Positions 8,295 through 17,256 of a stretch of 64,000 nucleotides of DNA are shown piece by piece. This DNA is from Rhodobacter sp. (GTDB lineage: Bacteria; Pseudomonadota; Alphaproteobacteria; Rhodobacterales; Rhodobacteraceae). The notes below the pieces were generated by a model that worked only from the letters and a program-made list of their open reading frames with translations, made no database searches and was not told the DNA's origin. The stretch covers positions 714 through 64,713 of the forward strand of contig JADCDI010000040.1 in the NCBI GenBank assembly GCA_020251025.1, in the 5' to 3' direction. The position numbers were made by a program, and so were the translations under genes. Every line of letters begins with the position of its first letter. The first letter of the stretch is position 1.

Positions 8295-9529
8295 TCGGCC
8301 ACCCCGGCCTGCGTGGCGGCGGCGCGGAGCACCTCAAGGTCTGCCGCACGGCCGCCAAAGAGCTGCTGCGCCTCGGCCCAGATCGCGCGGGCGCGGCCGG
8401 TTTCCCCCAGCACGCCATAGGCCCTGATCAGGCGGGCCCATTCCCCGGCGCTGCCGCCCTGCGTCGCCAGACGGTCGCTGAGCCCTGCCACCATGCCGCG
8501 CACCATCTCCTGCCGCTGTTCCGGCGTCATCGCGGCGGCGGCCGCAACGGCATCGGCATCCGGGCCGGGGGCCGTGTCTGCCGCATCGGGCAGCGCGTAA
8601 TTGTCTTCGCCCGCTTCGCTGGCCACCTTCATCAGCTGCGCGCGCAGCGGGGCGACCCAGGGGTCGCCGGGAAGCGACCGGTCCAGCAGCGGCGCCCACA
8701 GTGAAAAGGTCCGGTCGGGCCTGCCCACCTGGGCAAACATCAGGCCCGCGTAATAGGTGGCAGTCCCGTTCAGGGGATCGCGCTCAAGGGCGCGGTTGAT
8801 CTCTTGCTCGGCCTCGGGCGAGACATAGCCCCCCGCACCCAGAATCATCATCTCGGCCAGCATGGCGTGATCGTCGGCGCTGACGGCATCGCCCAGGATG
8901 GCGATGACCCGTCTTTGTGCCGCCGCCGCCGCCGCGTAATTGCCAAGGCCGGATTCGTTGCGCGCCAGCAGGCGGTGCCCTTCCAGATCGTCGGGGCGGT
9001 CCTTCAGCGCGCTGCGCAACTGGTCCATCAGTGCCGAAAAGGCAGGGTCAACAGGGCCGGGGGCCGGCGCGCGGGCGGCTGCGGCGGCCTCTGCCGCAGC
9101 CTGCGACGGGCGGGTGCGATAGACCTCCTCCGAGGCCGCAAGCCGCGCGGCGATCGGCAGGTCGGGATAGCCGGGCGCGCCGAGGCGGGCATAGGTCCAG
9201 ACCCCGCCCAGCATCACCGCCGCCATGAGACCCGCCATGGCAAGCGTGACCCGGCGGGGGGGCGCGTCAGCCCCGGCCCCGGCCCCGCCGCTCAGGGCGC
9301 GGTCCGCCTCCAGCACCCGGCGCGCCACTTCGGTGCGCAGCCGCCCGGCCTCGGCGGGGGCGATGACGCCGCGGGCCAGGTCGCGGTCCACCTCGCGCAG
9401 CTGATCACGGTAGACCCGCAGGTCATAGGCCGCCGGCGGCCCGTCCCCCGCGCGCCCGTGCAGCAGTGCCAGCAGCAGAAGCGCCGTTACCGCAAGACCG
9501 ATCCCTGCCGCCGCAAGCCAGAATGCCAT
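8291..9529 (-). CDS. ccmI: Cytochrome c-type biogenesis protein CcmI (CycH)
   Basis: Internal ATG 9529 gives MAFWLAAAGIGLAVTALLLLALL...YRDQLREVDRDLARGVI...EAGRLRTEVARRVLEAD plus C-terminal TPR-like repeats. Confidence 0.8.
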   Translation of the reverse strand: MAFWLAAAGIGLAVTALLLLALLHGRAGDGPPAAYDLRVYRDQLREVDRDLARGVIAPAEAGRLRTEVARRVLEADRALSGGAGAGADAPPRRVTLAMAGLMAAVMLGGVWTYARLGAPGYPDLPIAARLAASEEVYRTRPSQAAAEAAAAARAPAPGPVDPAFSALMDQLRSALKDRPDDLEGHRLLARNESGLGNYAAAAAAQRRVIAILGDAVSADDHAMLAEMMILGAGGYVSPEAEQEINRALERDPLNGTATYYAGLMFAQVGRPDRTFSLWAPLLDRSLPGDPWVAPLRAQLMKVASEAGEDNYALPDAADTAPGPDADAVAAAAAMTPEQRQEMVRGMVAGLSDRLATQGGSAGEWARLIRAYGVLGETGRARAIWAEAQQLFGGRAADLEVLRAAATQAGVAE

Positions 9530-9704
9530 GGTGCCCCCTTTAACAGGGCTTGATGTAATCGCTGGCCGCCATGGGCAAAAGGTGCAATCTTTTGTCCGGG
9601 CGTGGCCGCGTGTCGCATTTTTCCCGATTGCGCCGCTTGTGGCGGCGGATAAGACTGTATCCTGTTCCACAGCCGATCACACAGGCACAGCGACCGGGCC
9701 GCCC

Positions 9705-10952
9705 ATGACACGCTATTCCGCTTTCGCCATCGCCCGCGAGGCGCTGCGCAACCATCAGGGCTGGCAGCGCGCCTGGGCCAGGGCCACACCGAAGGCGCGC
9801 TATGATGCGGTGATCATCGGGGCCGGGGGCCATGGCCTGGCCACGGCCTATTACCTTGGCCGGAATCACGGCATCACCAATGTCGCCGTGATCGAAAAGG
9901 GCTGGCTGGGCGGCGGAAACACCGGGCGCAACACCACGATCATCCGGTCGAACTATCTGCAGGACCCGTCGGCGGCGCTGTATGAAAAGGCGCGCAGCCT
10001 GTATGAGACGCTGAGCCAGGAGCTGAACTACAACGTCATGTTCAGCCCGCGCGGGTTGTTGATGCTGGCCCAGACCCATCACGAGGTGCGCGGCTATCTG
10101 CGCACCGTGCATGCCAACATGCTGCAGGGGGTGCAGACCGAATGGATCGGGCCGGACCGGGTGAAGGACCTGGTGCCGATCATCAATATCGACGGGCCGC
10201 GCTATCCGGTTCTGGGGGCGCTTTATCAGGCGCGCGGCGGCACGGCGCGGCATGATGCCGTGGCCTGGGGCTATGCCCGGGCCTGTTCGGCGATGGGCAT
10301 GGACATCATCCAGCAGTGCGAGGTGACGGGCGTACGCGCCGAACATGGCAAGGTGACCGGGGTAGAGACGACCAAGGGTTTTATCGCCACCCCGAAACTG
10401 GGCATCGTCGTGGCGGGCCATTCCGGCCAGGTCGCCGGAATGGCGGGCTTCCGCCTGCCGGTCGAGGCGGTGGCGCTGCAGGCGCTGGTGTCAGAGCCGA
10501 TCAAGCCCTGCATGGATGTGGTCGTGATGGCCAATACCGTGCACGGCTATATGAGCCAGTCCGACAAGGGCGAAATGGTGATCGGCGGCGGCACCGACGG
10601 GTTCAACAACTTCACCCAGCGCGGCAGCTTTCACCATATCGAGGAAACGTTGCGCGCCCTGATCGAGACCTTTCCGATGATCTCGCGCCTCAAGATGCTG
10701 CGCCAGTGGGGCGGCATCGTGGACATGACCGGCGACCGGTCCCCCATCATCTCCAAGACCCCGCTGGGCAACTGCTTCATCAACTGCGGCTGGGGCACCG
10801 GCGGGTTCAAGGCGATTCCCGGCTCCGGCTGGGCCATGGCAGAGCTGATGGCAAAGGGCGAGCCGGGGCCGCTGGCGGCGGATTTCGGGATGGAGCGGTT
10901 CCGCGAGGGGCGGTTCATTGATGAGTCAGTGGCGGCGGGGGTGGCGCATTGA
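9705..10952 (+). CDS. soxB: Sarcosine oxidase subunit beta
   Basis: MTRYSAF...YDAVIIGAGGHGLATAYYL...IEKGWLGGGNTGRNTTIIRSNY. Internal ATG 9705 of ORF 9528..10952. Confidence 0.9.
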   Translation: MTRYSAFAIAREALRNHQGWQRAWARATPKARYDAVIIGAGGHGLATAYYLGRNHGITNVAVIEKGWLGGGNTGRNTTIIRSNYLQDPSAALYEKARSLYETLSQELNYNVMFSPRGLLMLAQTHHEVRGYLRTVHANMLQGVQTEWIGPDRVKDLVPIINIDGPRYPVLGALYQARGGTARHDAVAWGYARACSAMGMDIIQQCEVTGVRAEHGKVTGVETTKGFIATPKLGIVVAGHSGQVAGMAGFRLPVEAVALQALVSEPIKPCMDVVVMANTVHGYMSQSDKGEMVIGGGTDGFNNFTQRGSFHHIEETLRALIETFPMISRLKMLRQWGGIVDMTGDRSPIISKTPLGNCFINCGWGTGGFKAIPGSGWAMAELMAKGEPGPLAADFGMERFREGRFIDESVAAGVAH

Positions 10953-10972
10953 CGATACGTGCCGCCTTTCTT

Positions 10973-11000
10973 CCCGATTTTGACCGTCGGCAAAATCGGG
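10973..11000 (+). terminator. Stem-loop after soxB (CCCGATTTTG / CAAAATCGGG, 8-nt loop)
   Basis: Perfect 10-bp stem starting 21 nt after the soxB stop. No T-tract. Confidence 0.35.
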
Positions 11001-11124
11001 ACGCGCCTGCCCCCCGCGGGCTGGCGCGTTCCGCGCCGCCGGGGCAGCCGCGCCCCGATCCCGGCCTTCGTGCGGGCTGCGGGCCCCTTGGCTTCCGGCT
11101 TGCGCCGTCAGCCAACCGCCCCGC

Positions 11125-11150
11125 GCGACCCTCCACCGGAGGGTCGCTTT
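11125..11150 (+). terminator. Stem-loop GCGACCCTCC-ACC-GGAGGGTCGC followed by TTT
   Basis: Perfect 10-bp GC-rich stem with a short T run, inside the soxB-soxD spacer. Confidence 0.4.
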
Positions 11151-11694
11151 CGCGGGTCGGGGCGCTGCCAGACAGCAGGCCTGTCGTTTGTCGTTCGGTT
11201 GCGGTTCCCGAAGCATGGTCAGGTACGGGTCAGGGCAGGGGGGGCGCATTGATGGCTGCGTCTGCGCAGGCTTTACCGGTCAGTGAAATCCTGCCGCGCT
11301 TGGCTTTGCGCGGCTGTTGTCCGCAATTCCATCTCTTGCCGGATATTCGTTTTGACCCTGTCTGCATGGGTCTGAACGGGACGCCGGATGCGGCCAGACC
11401 GGAACGGATCGGCATGGCGCGTAAGCCAAAGAATGACCAACACCACGGCCAACCCAAGCCAAAGCGGCCAGGGCAGAGCGAAATCAGCCAAGGTTCCGAT
11501 ATTTCCCATACGCCGGATGTCGGAATGGAAACAGCTTTCGTCAAGTGCCCCGCCCGCTTGCCTCCTCCCGCAGTGTTCAATCTCATCCGCACAGATATCC
11601 TCGGGGGCTGCCAATTGTTCGCCATCGGCGCAACAATCAATTGGCTGCGGGGGCAGACAGCCGCCCGGCCTGACCCCATACGCAAGGCTTTGTC

Positions 11695-12015
11695 ATGCTT
11701 CTCCTGACCTGCCCCTACTGCGGCATTGCCGCCGAGGAAACCGAACTTGCCCCCGGCGGTGAGGCGCATCTCAAGCGCTTTGGCCCCGGATCGTCGGATG
11801 ACGATTTCGAGGCCTACATGTTCGCGCGCAAGAACCCCAAGGGCGTGCATTTCGAACGCTGGCGGCATGCCTATGGCTGCGGCAAGTGGTTCATGGCCGC
11901 GCGCTGCACCGCCACGCTGGAGGTGTTCGGCACCTATCCCGCGCAAGTGCCCGGCCCGCCGCCCGAAATCATCGCCCGGATCAAGGCCCGCCGCCCCGGC
12001 TGGTCCCCCGGATGA
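11695..12015 (+). CDS. soxD: Sarcosine oxidase subunit delta
   Basis: MLLLTCPYCG...EFAPGGEAH-like N-terminus, ...ERWRHAYGCGKWF. 106 aa. Confidence 0.9.
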   Translation: MLLLTCPYCGIAAEETELAPGGEAHLKRFGPGSSDDDFEAYMFARKNPKGVHFERWRHAYGCGKWFMAARCTATLEVFGTYPAQVPGPPPEIIARIKARRPGWSPG

Positions 12016-12025
12016 CCCGCTGCCA

Positions 12026-12159
12026 TCCCCCCCTCCCATCCTCCCCCACAAGGGGGGAGGGGCCGGTTGCGCCGCCCTGCGCCGTCGGCCCACACACCCT
12101 CACGACGCTGCCTACCCGCGCCTCCCTCCCCCCTTGTGGGGGAGGGATGGGGTGGGGGG
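12026..12159. repeat. Inverted pair of a G/C-homopolymer-rich element (core CTCCCCCACAAGGGGGGAGGG)
   Basis: Arm 12026-12062 and arm 12121-12159 are reverse complements over about 30 nt (21-nt identical core, plus CCCATCC). They are separated by about 58 nt in the soxD-soxA spacer. Confidence 0.65.
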
Positions 12160-12187
12160 TCGTCCGCCAAGCCGCAGGAATACGAGC

Positions 12188-15100
12188 ATGAGCACCCGTC
12201 TGGCCCAGGGCGGCCGCCTGATCGACAGGTCCGCCGCCGCCGAATTCACCTTCAACGGCAAGCGGTTGCGCGGCTACCGGGGCGATACGCTGGCCTCGGC
12301 GCTTTTGGCCAATGACCAGATGCTGGTCGGGCGCAGCTTCAAGTACCATCGCCCGCGCGGCATCATCGGGTCCGGTCCGGAAGAACCCAATGCGCTGCTG
12401 AACCTGGGGCAGGGCGGCCGGCTGGAACCCAATCAGCGCGCCACCACGACCGAACTGTTCGACGGGCTGGTCTGCGCCAGCCAGAACCACTGGCCCAGCC
12501 TGGAGTTTGACCTTGGGGTGGTGAACAACGCCCTGGCGCGCTTTCTGCCCGCCGGGTTCTATTACAAGACCTTTATCCACCCGCGCGCCTTCTGGAAACA
12601 TGTGTTCGAGCCGGTCATCCGCAAGGCGGCCGGCCTTGGCAAGGCACCGAAGGACCGCGATGCGGACCGCTATGAACAGGCCTATGCCTTTTGCGACGTG
12701 CTGGTGATCGGCGGCGGGATTGCCGGGCTGGAAGCGGCCCTTGTAGCGGCCCGTGCGGGCCTGCGCGTCATGCTGCTGGAACAGGCCGCCCATTGGGGCG
12801 GGCGCGCGCCCGTGGACGGGCTTCGGATCGACGGCAAGCCGGCGCAGGACTGGGTGGATGCCGCCGTGGCCACCCTTGCCGCGATGGACAGGGTCACCCT
12901 GCGGCTGCGCTGCACCGGGGCCGGGGTTTATGACCACGGCTATGTCCTGGCGGACGAGCGTGTGGCCGACCATACCCCCGGCGACGGGCGCCCCCGGCAC
13001 CGGCTGTGGCGCATCCGCGCCGGGCGCATCATCACCGCGACCGGGGCCATCGAACGCCCGCTGTCCTTTGCCGGCAATGACATTCCCGGCGTCATGCTTG
13101 CCTCGGCGGTGCGCGACTATGTCGTCAACCAGGCGGTTTCGCCCGGGGACCGCACCGTGGTTGTCACCAACAATGACGATGCCTTCCGCACCGCCATCGC
13201 GCTGGTGGAGGCGGGCCTTTCCGTGCCCTGCATCATCGATGCCCGCAGCACCGCCTCCGGCCCGCTGGCCGACCGTGCCCGCGCGCTGGGCATCCGCATC
13301 GAGGCGGGCCGGGCCATTGCAAAGGTCAGGGGCGGCAAGCGGGTGACGGGCGTGTCGCTGTGCCTGCAGGCGGGCGAGGGATCGGTGCTGGAAGACATCG
13401 CCTGCGACGCCGTCGCCATGTCGGGCGGCTGGTCGCCCGTGGTGCATCTGTGGAGCCATTGCGGCGGCAAGCTGATCTGGGATGCCGCGCAGGTCTGTTT
13501 CCGCCCCGATCCGGACCGGCCGCCGCTGAACCATGACGGCAGCGCCATGGTCATCGCCGCCGGTGCCGCCAGTGGCGCGCTGGACGATGCGGCAGTGCTG
13601 GCCGATGCCCATGCCGCCGGTATTGCCGCCGTCAAGGCCGCAGGGGCCAAGGCGAAGAAACCGGCGGCCCCGGTGGTTGCCGACCCCGTCGCCCCGGCGG
13701 TGGAACCGGTCTGGGTGATGCCGCAGGGGGCTGGCCCCGATCTGCGCGCCAAGATGTGGCTTGACTATCAGAACGATGTCAAGGTTTCGGACGTGCAGCT
13801 TGCGGCGCGCGAGGGCTACGAGAGTGTGGAGCATACCAAGCGCTATACCACGCTGGGCATGGCGACAGATCAGGGTAAACTGAGCAACATCAACGGTCTG
13901 GCTGTTCTTTCTCAGTCGCTGAATGAAGATATCCCGCAGGTGGGCACCACCACCTTCCGCCCGCCCTACACGCCCGTCCCCCTGGGGGCGCTGGCGGGCG
14001 AGGCGCGGGGCGAGATTTTCCAGCCGCTGCGCCGCACCCCGATCCACGGCTGGCACGAAAGCGCCGGGGCATATTTTGAGCCCGTCGGCCTGTGGCGCCG
14101 CCCCTATTGTTTTGTGCGGCCGGGCGAGACGCATGAGCAGGCCGTCCACCGCGAGGTTCTGAACGTCCGCAAGGCGGTGGGGCTGCTGGATGCCTCGACC
14201 CTGGGCAAGATCATCGTCAAGGGTCCTGATGCGGGCCGGTTCCTCGACATGCTGTATACGGGCGTGATGTCTACCCTGCCTGTCGGCAAATGCCGCTACG
14301 GGCTGATGTGCGGCGAATCCGGCTTTCTGATGGATGACGGTGTTGTGGCGCGCATCGATCAGGAGACATGGCTGTGCCACACCACCTCGGGCGGGGCGGA
14401 TCGCATCCATGGCCATATGGAAGACTGGCTGCAATGCGAATGGTGGGACTGGCAGGTCTTCACCGCGAATGTCACCGAACAGTTTGCGCAAGTGGCCGTT
14501 GCCGGCCCCAACGCGCGCAAGCTGCTGGAAAAGCTGGGCGGCATGGATGTGTCGAAAGAGGCATTGCCCTTCATGACCTGGGCCGATGGCACGCTGGGCG
14601 GGTTTGCGGTGCGCGCCTATCGCATCAGCTTCTCGGGCGAGCTCAGCTATGAAATCGCCGTGCCTGCCAGTCACGGTCTGGCCTTCTGGAAGGCCTGCGT
14701 CGCGGCGGGTGAGGGGCTGGGCCTGATGCCCTACGGCACCGAGGCGCTGCATGTCCTGCGGGCCGAGAAGGGCTTTATCATGATCGGGGATGAAACCGAC
14801 GGCACCGTCATTCCGCAGGACCTTGGCCTTGGCTGGGCGATCTCGAAGACGAAACCCGATTATCTGGGCAAGCGCGGGCAGGAACGGCCGTTCCTGGCCT
14901 CGGCTGACCGCTGGCGGCTGGTGGGCCTTGAAACGCTGGATGGCTCTGTCATCCCCGATGGTGCCTATGCGGTGGCCGAAGGGACGAACCCGAACGGGCA
15001 GCGCAACGTGCAGGGGCGCGTCACCTCGACCTATTTCTCGCCGACGCTGGGGCGCGGCATTGCCATGGGGCTGGTGCGCCGCGGGCCCGAGCGGATGGGC

Positions 15101-15199
15101 GAGGTGCTTGAATTTCCGAAGGTCGGGGGCGGGTCCGTCATGGCGCGCATCGTGGATCCGGCGGTTTACGACAAGGACGGGGAGAAGCAGCATGTCTGA
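12188..15199 (+). CDS. soxA: Sarcosine oxidase subunit alpha
   Basis: MSTRLAQGGRLIDR...FTFNGKRLRGYRGDTLASALLAN...FKYHRPRGI. FAD/NAD dinucleotide motifs and a C-terminal GcvT-like domain. Internal ATG 12188 of ORF 11726..15199. Confidence 0.92.
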   Translation: MSTRLAQGGRLIDRSAAAEFTFNGKRLRGYRGDTLASALLANDQMLVGRSFKYHRPRGIIGSGPEEPNALLNLGQGGRLEPNQRATTTELFDGLVCASQNHWPSLEFDLGVVNNALARFLPAGFYYKTFIHPRAFWKHVFEPVIRKAAGLGKAPKDRDADRYEQAYAFCDVLVIGGGIAGLEAALVAARAGLRVMLLEQAAHWGGRAPVDGLRIDGKPAQDWVDAAVATLAAMDRVTLRLRCTGAGVYDHGYVLADERVADHTPGDGRPRHRLWRIRAGRIITATGAIERPLSFAGNDIPGVMLASAVRDYVVNQAVSPGDRTVVVTNNDDAFRTAIALVEAGLSVPCIIDARSTASGPLADRARALGIRIEAGRAIAKVRGGKRVTGVSLCLQAGEGSVLEDIACDAVAMSGGWSPVVHLWSHCGGKLIWDAAQVCFRPDPDRPPLNHDGSAMVIAAGAASGALDDAAVLADAHAAGIAAVKAAGAKAKKPAAPVVADPVAPAVEPVWVMPQGAGPDLRAKMWLDYQNDVKVSDVQLAAREGYESVEHTKRYTTLGMATDQGKLSNINGLAVLSQSLNEDIPQVGTTTFRPPYTPVPLGALAGEARGEIFQPLRRTPIHGWHESAGAYFEPVGLWRRPYCFVRPGETHEQAVHREVLNVRKAVGLLDASTLGKIIVKGPDAGRFLDMLYTGVMSTLPVGKCRYGLMCGESGFLMDDGVVARIDQETWLCHTTSGGADRIHGHMEDWLQCEWWDWQVFTANVTEQFAQVAVAGPNARKLLEKLGGMDVSKEALPFMTWADGTLGGFAVRAYRISFSGELSYEIAVPASHGLAFWKACVAAGEGLGLMPYGTEALHVLRAEKGFIMIGDETDGTVIPQDLGLGWAISKTKPDYLGKRGQERPFLASADRWRLVGLETLDGSVIPDGAYAVAEGTNPNGQRNVQGRVTSTYFSPTLGRGIAMGLVRRGPERMGEVLEFPKVGGGSVMARIVDPAVYDKDGEKQHV

Positions 15200-15749
15200 T
15201 CCGGTCAGCGCCCTGGGCCATGCCACCTTCGACGGATTCGTCAGGGTCCGGGAAACCGGCCCGCTCGGGATGATCACCCTGCGCGCCAGGGCCGATCTTC
15301 CGGCATTGCCTGCCGCCGTGATGGCAGCCACCGGCCTTGGCATGCCGGCGGTGCGGCGCATCGTGACGGCAGGGGACCGGTCCATCGCCTGGATGTCCCC
15401 CGATGAATGGCTGATCGTGCTGCCCTGTCCGCAGGTCGCGCAGACGCTGGCCGGGCTGGCAGAGGCGTTGCGGGGCCAGCATCATCTTGCTGTCGACGTT
15501 TCGGACGCGCGGGCGGTGTTGCGCATCGAAGGGGCAAGGGCCGGCGACGTGCTGATGAAGCTGTCGCCGGTCGATCTGGCGCGGCTGGAGCCGGACGAGG
15601 TGCGCCGGACCCGTGCCGCCCAGGTCGCCTGTGCCCTGTGGCGCGAGGGCGAGGGATACACGCTGGTCTGCTTCCGGTCGGTCGCGGGTTATGTCATGGG
15701 TCTGCTGACCCGGTCCGCGCAGCCCGGAAGCGAAATCTTTCCGGCCTGA
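15192..15749 (+). CDS. soxG: Sarcosine oxidase subunit gamma
   Basis: Overlaps the soxA stop by 8 nt. About 185 aa, with gene order soxB-D-A-G. Internal ATG of ORF 14790..15749. Confidence 0.85.
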   Translation: MSDPVSALGHATFDGFVRVRETGPLGMITLRARADLPALPAAVMAATGLGMPAVRRIVTAGDRSIAWMSPDEWLIVLPCPQVAQTLAGLAEALRGQHHLAVDVSDARAVLRIEGARAGDVLMKLSPVDLARLEPDEVRRTRAAQVACALWREGEGYTLVCFRSVAGYVMGLLTRSAQPGSEIFPA

Positions 15750-15895
15750 CGCGGCGGGTTTCCGCCTGCCTGTCAGGGCCGGGCCTGTCCGTTGCCGTGC
15801 CTTTTCACCGTCAATCTCAGGGCGGCCCTTGACCTTGCCGTTGCCGGGCCGCTTATACAGCCCCAAGAGCTTCACCGAACCGAGAGGAGAGTTCC

Positions 15896-16498
15896 ATGGC
15901 CTTCACGCTTCCCGATCTTCCCTATGCCCATGACGCGCTTGCAGCCCTTGGCATGTCCAAGGAAACGCTGGAATACCACCACGACCTGCACCACAAGGCC
16001 TATGTCGACAACGGCAACAAGCTGATTGCCGGAACCGAGTGGGAAAACAAATCGCTGGAAGACATCGTGACCGGCACCTATCAGGCCGGTGCCGTGGCGC
16101 AGAACGGCATTTTCAACAATGCCAGCCAGCACTGGAACCACGCCCTGTTCTGGCAGATCATGGGGCCGGGCGAGGGCAAGAAGATGCCCGGTGTGCTGGA
16201 CAAGGCCCTGACCGAGGCTTTCGGTTCGGTGCAGAAGTTCAAGGATGATTTCGCCGCCGCCGGGGCCGGTCAGTTCGGATCCGGCTGGGCCTGGCTGGTC
16301 AGGGACAAGGACGGGTCGCTGAAGGTCACCAAGACCGAGAACGGCGTAAATCCGCTGTGCTTCGGCCAGACCGCCCTTCTGGGCTGCGATGTGTGGGAGC
16401 ACAGCTACTACATCGACTTCCGCAACAGGCGCCCGGCCTATCTGACCAATTTCCTTGAAAAACTGGTCAACTGGGACGCGGTCGCGGCACGGATGTAA
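15896..16498 (+). CDS. sodB: Fe/Mn superoxide dismutase
   Basis: MAFTLPDLPYAHDALA...LEYHHDLHHKAYV...DVWEHSYYIDFRNRRPAY. Confidence 0.92.
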   Translation: MAFTLPDLPYAHDALAALGMSKETLEYHHDLHHKAYVDNGNKLIAGTEWENKSLEDIVTGTYQAGAVAQNGIFNNASQHWNHALFWQIMGPGEGKKMPGVLDKALTEAFGSVQKFKDDFAAAGAGQFGSGWAWLVRDKDGSLKVTKTENGVNPLCFGQTALLGCDVWEHSYYIDFRNRRPAYLTNFLEKLVNWDAVAARM

Positions 16499-16512
16499 TC
16501 CCCTTTCGGGAC

Positions 16513-16543
16513 GGATGCCGCCCGGTTACAGCAGGCGGCATCC
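16513..16543 (+). terminator. Stem-loop GGATGCCGCC...GGCGGCATCC between convergent sodB and the LOG gene
   Basis: Perfect 10-bp stem with an 11-nt loop. Confidence 0.45.
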
Positions 16544-16575
16544 CTCAGCCTGGCCATGGCATTTTCGCGCAAGGA

Positions 16576-17139
16576 TCAGGCGGGCGGGGCCAGCGCCTCG
16601 CGCAGCCGCAGGGCCAGCGCGGCCACATCATCCACCACCGTGGCATAGCTGCGCATCGGTGCCTCGGCAAAGCCGTGGCCGATGACATGATCCACCAGCG
16701 CGATCAGCGGGGTCCAGTAGCCGTTGGTGTTCAGCAGGTAGATCGGCTTGCGGTGCAGCCCGATCTGCCGCCAGGTCAGCACCTCGAAAAACTCGTCCAG
16801 CGTGCCCGCGCCGCCCGGCAGCACGATGATCGCGTCCGAGTTCATGAACATCACCTTCTTGCGCTCGTGCATGTCCTCGGTGATCACCAGCGTCGTCAGG
16901 TCGCGCCGCCCCCGTTCGCGCGCCATCAGATGCGTGGGGATCACGCCCAGCGTGCGCGCCCCCGCCCCCTGGGCGGATCGCGCCACCTCGCCCATCAGGC
17001 CGACGTCGCCCGCGCCATAGACCAGACGCCAGCCTTCTGCCGCGATCAGCGCCCCAAGGGCGCGCGCCTCTTCCGCAAAGGCGGGGTGCGCGCCGGGGCG
17101 TGAACCGCAGAACACACAGACGGATCGAAGCTGGGTCAT
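16576..17139 (-). CDS. LOG family (TIGR00730) nucleotide 5'-monophosphate nucleosidase
   Basis: VCVFCGS...LVYGAGDVGLMGEVA...GVIP...MHERKKVM...DAIIVLPGGAGTLDEFFEVLTWRQIGLH.KPI. Only the 3' 564 nt of ORF 16576..18870 is coding. Confidence 0.88.
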   Translation of the reverse strand: MTQLRSVCVFCGSRPGAHPAFAEEARALGALIAAEGWRLVYGAGDVGLMGEVARSAQGAGARTLGVIPTHLMARERGRRDLTTLVITEDMHERKKVMFMNSDAIIVLPGGAGTLDEFFEVLTWRQIGLHRKPIYLLNTNGYWTPLIALVDHVIGHGFAEAPMRSYATVVDDVAALALRLREALAPPA

Positions 17140-17256
17140 GACGGGGAGACTTCCTGAAATCAGTTGCGTTGCCCCCAGATATCGGGGTTTCTGTGCCAGG
17201 GACAAGCACGGGCCGGCACGGGCAGGCCCGGCGATGACAGCGGCAGGGGACCCCGC

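Noticed and set aside
11726-12187. N-terminal extension of soxA (ORF 11726..15199) and other ORFs through the poly-C/poly-G repeats
   Set aside because: The extension overlaps soxD in another frame and reads through the inverted repeat (PPLWGRDGVGG). The conserved SoxA N-terminus starts at ATG 12188.
11981-15385. 1134-aa ORF on the minus strand
   Set aside because: Antisense to soxA/soxG, which have unambiguous sarcosine oxidase motifs. The translation is low-complexity and Arg/Gly/Pro-rich.
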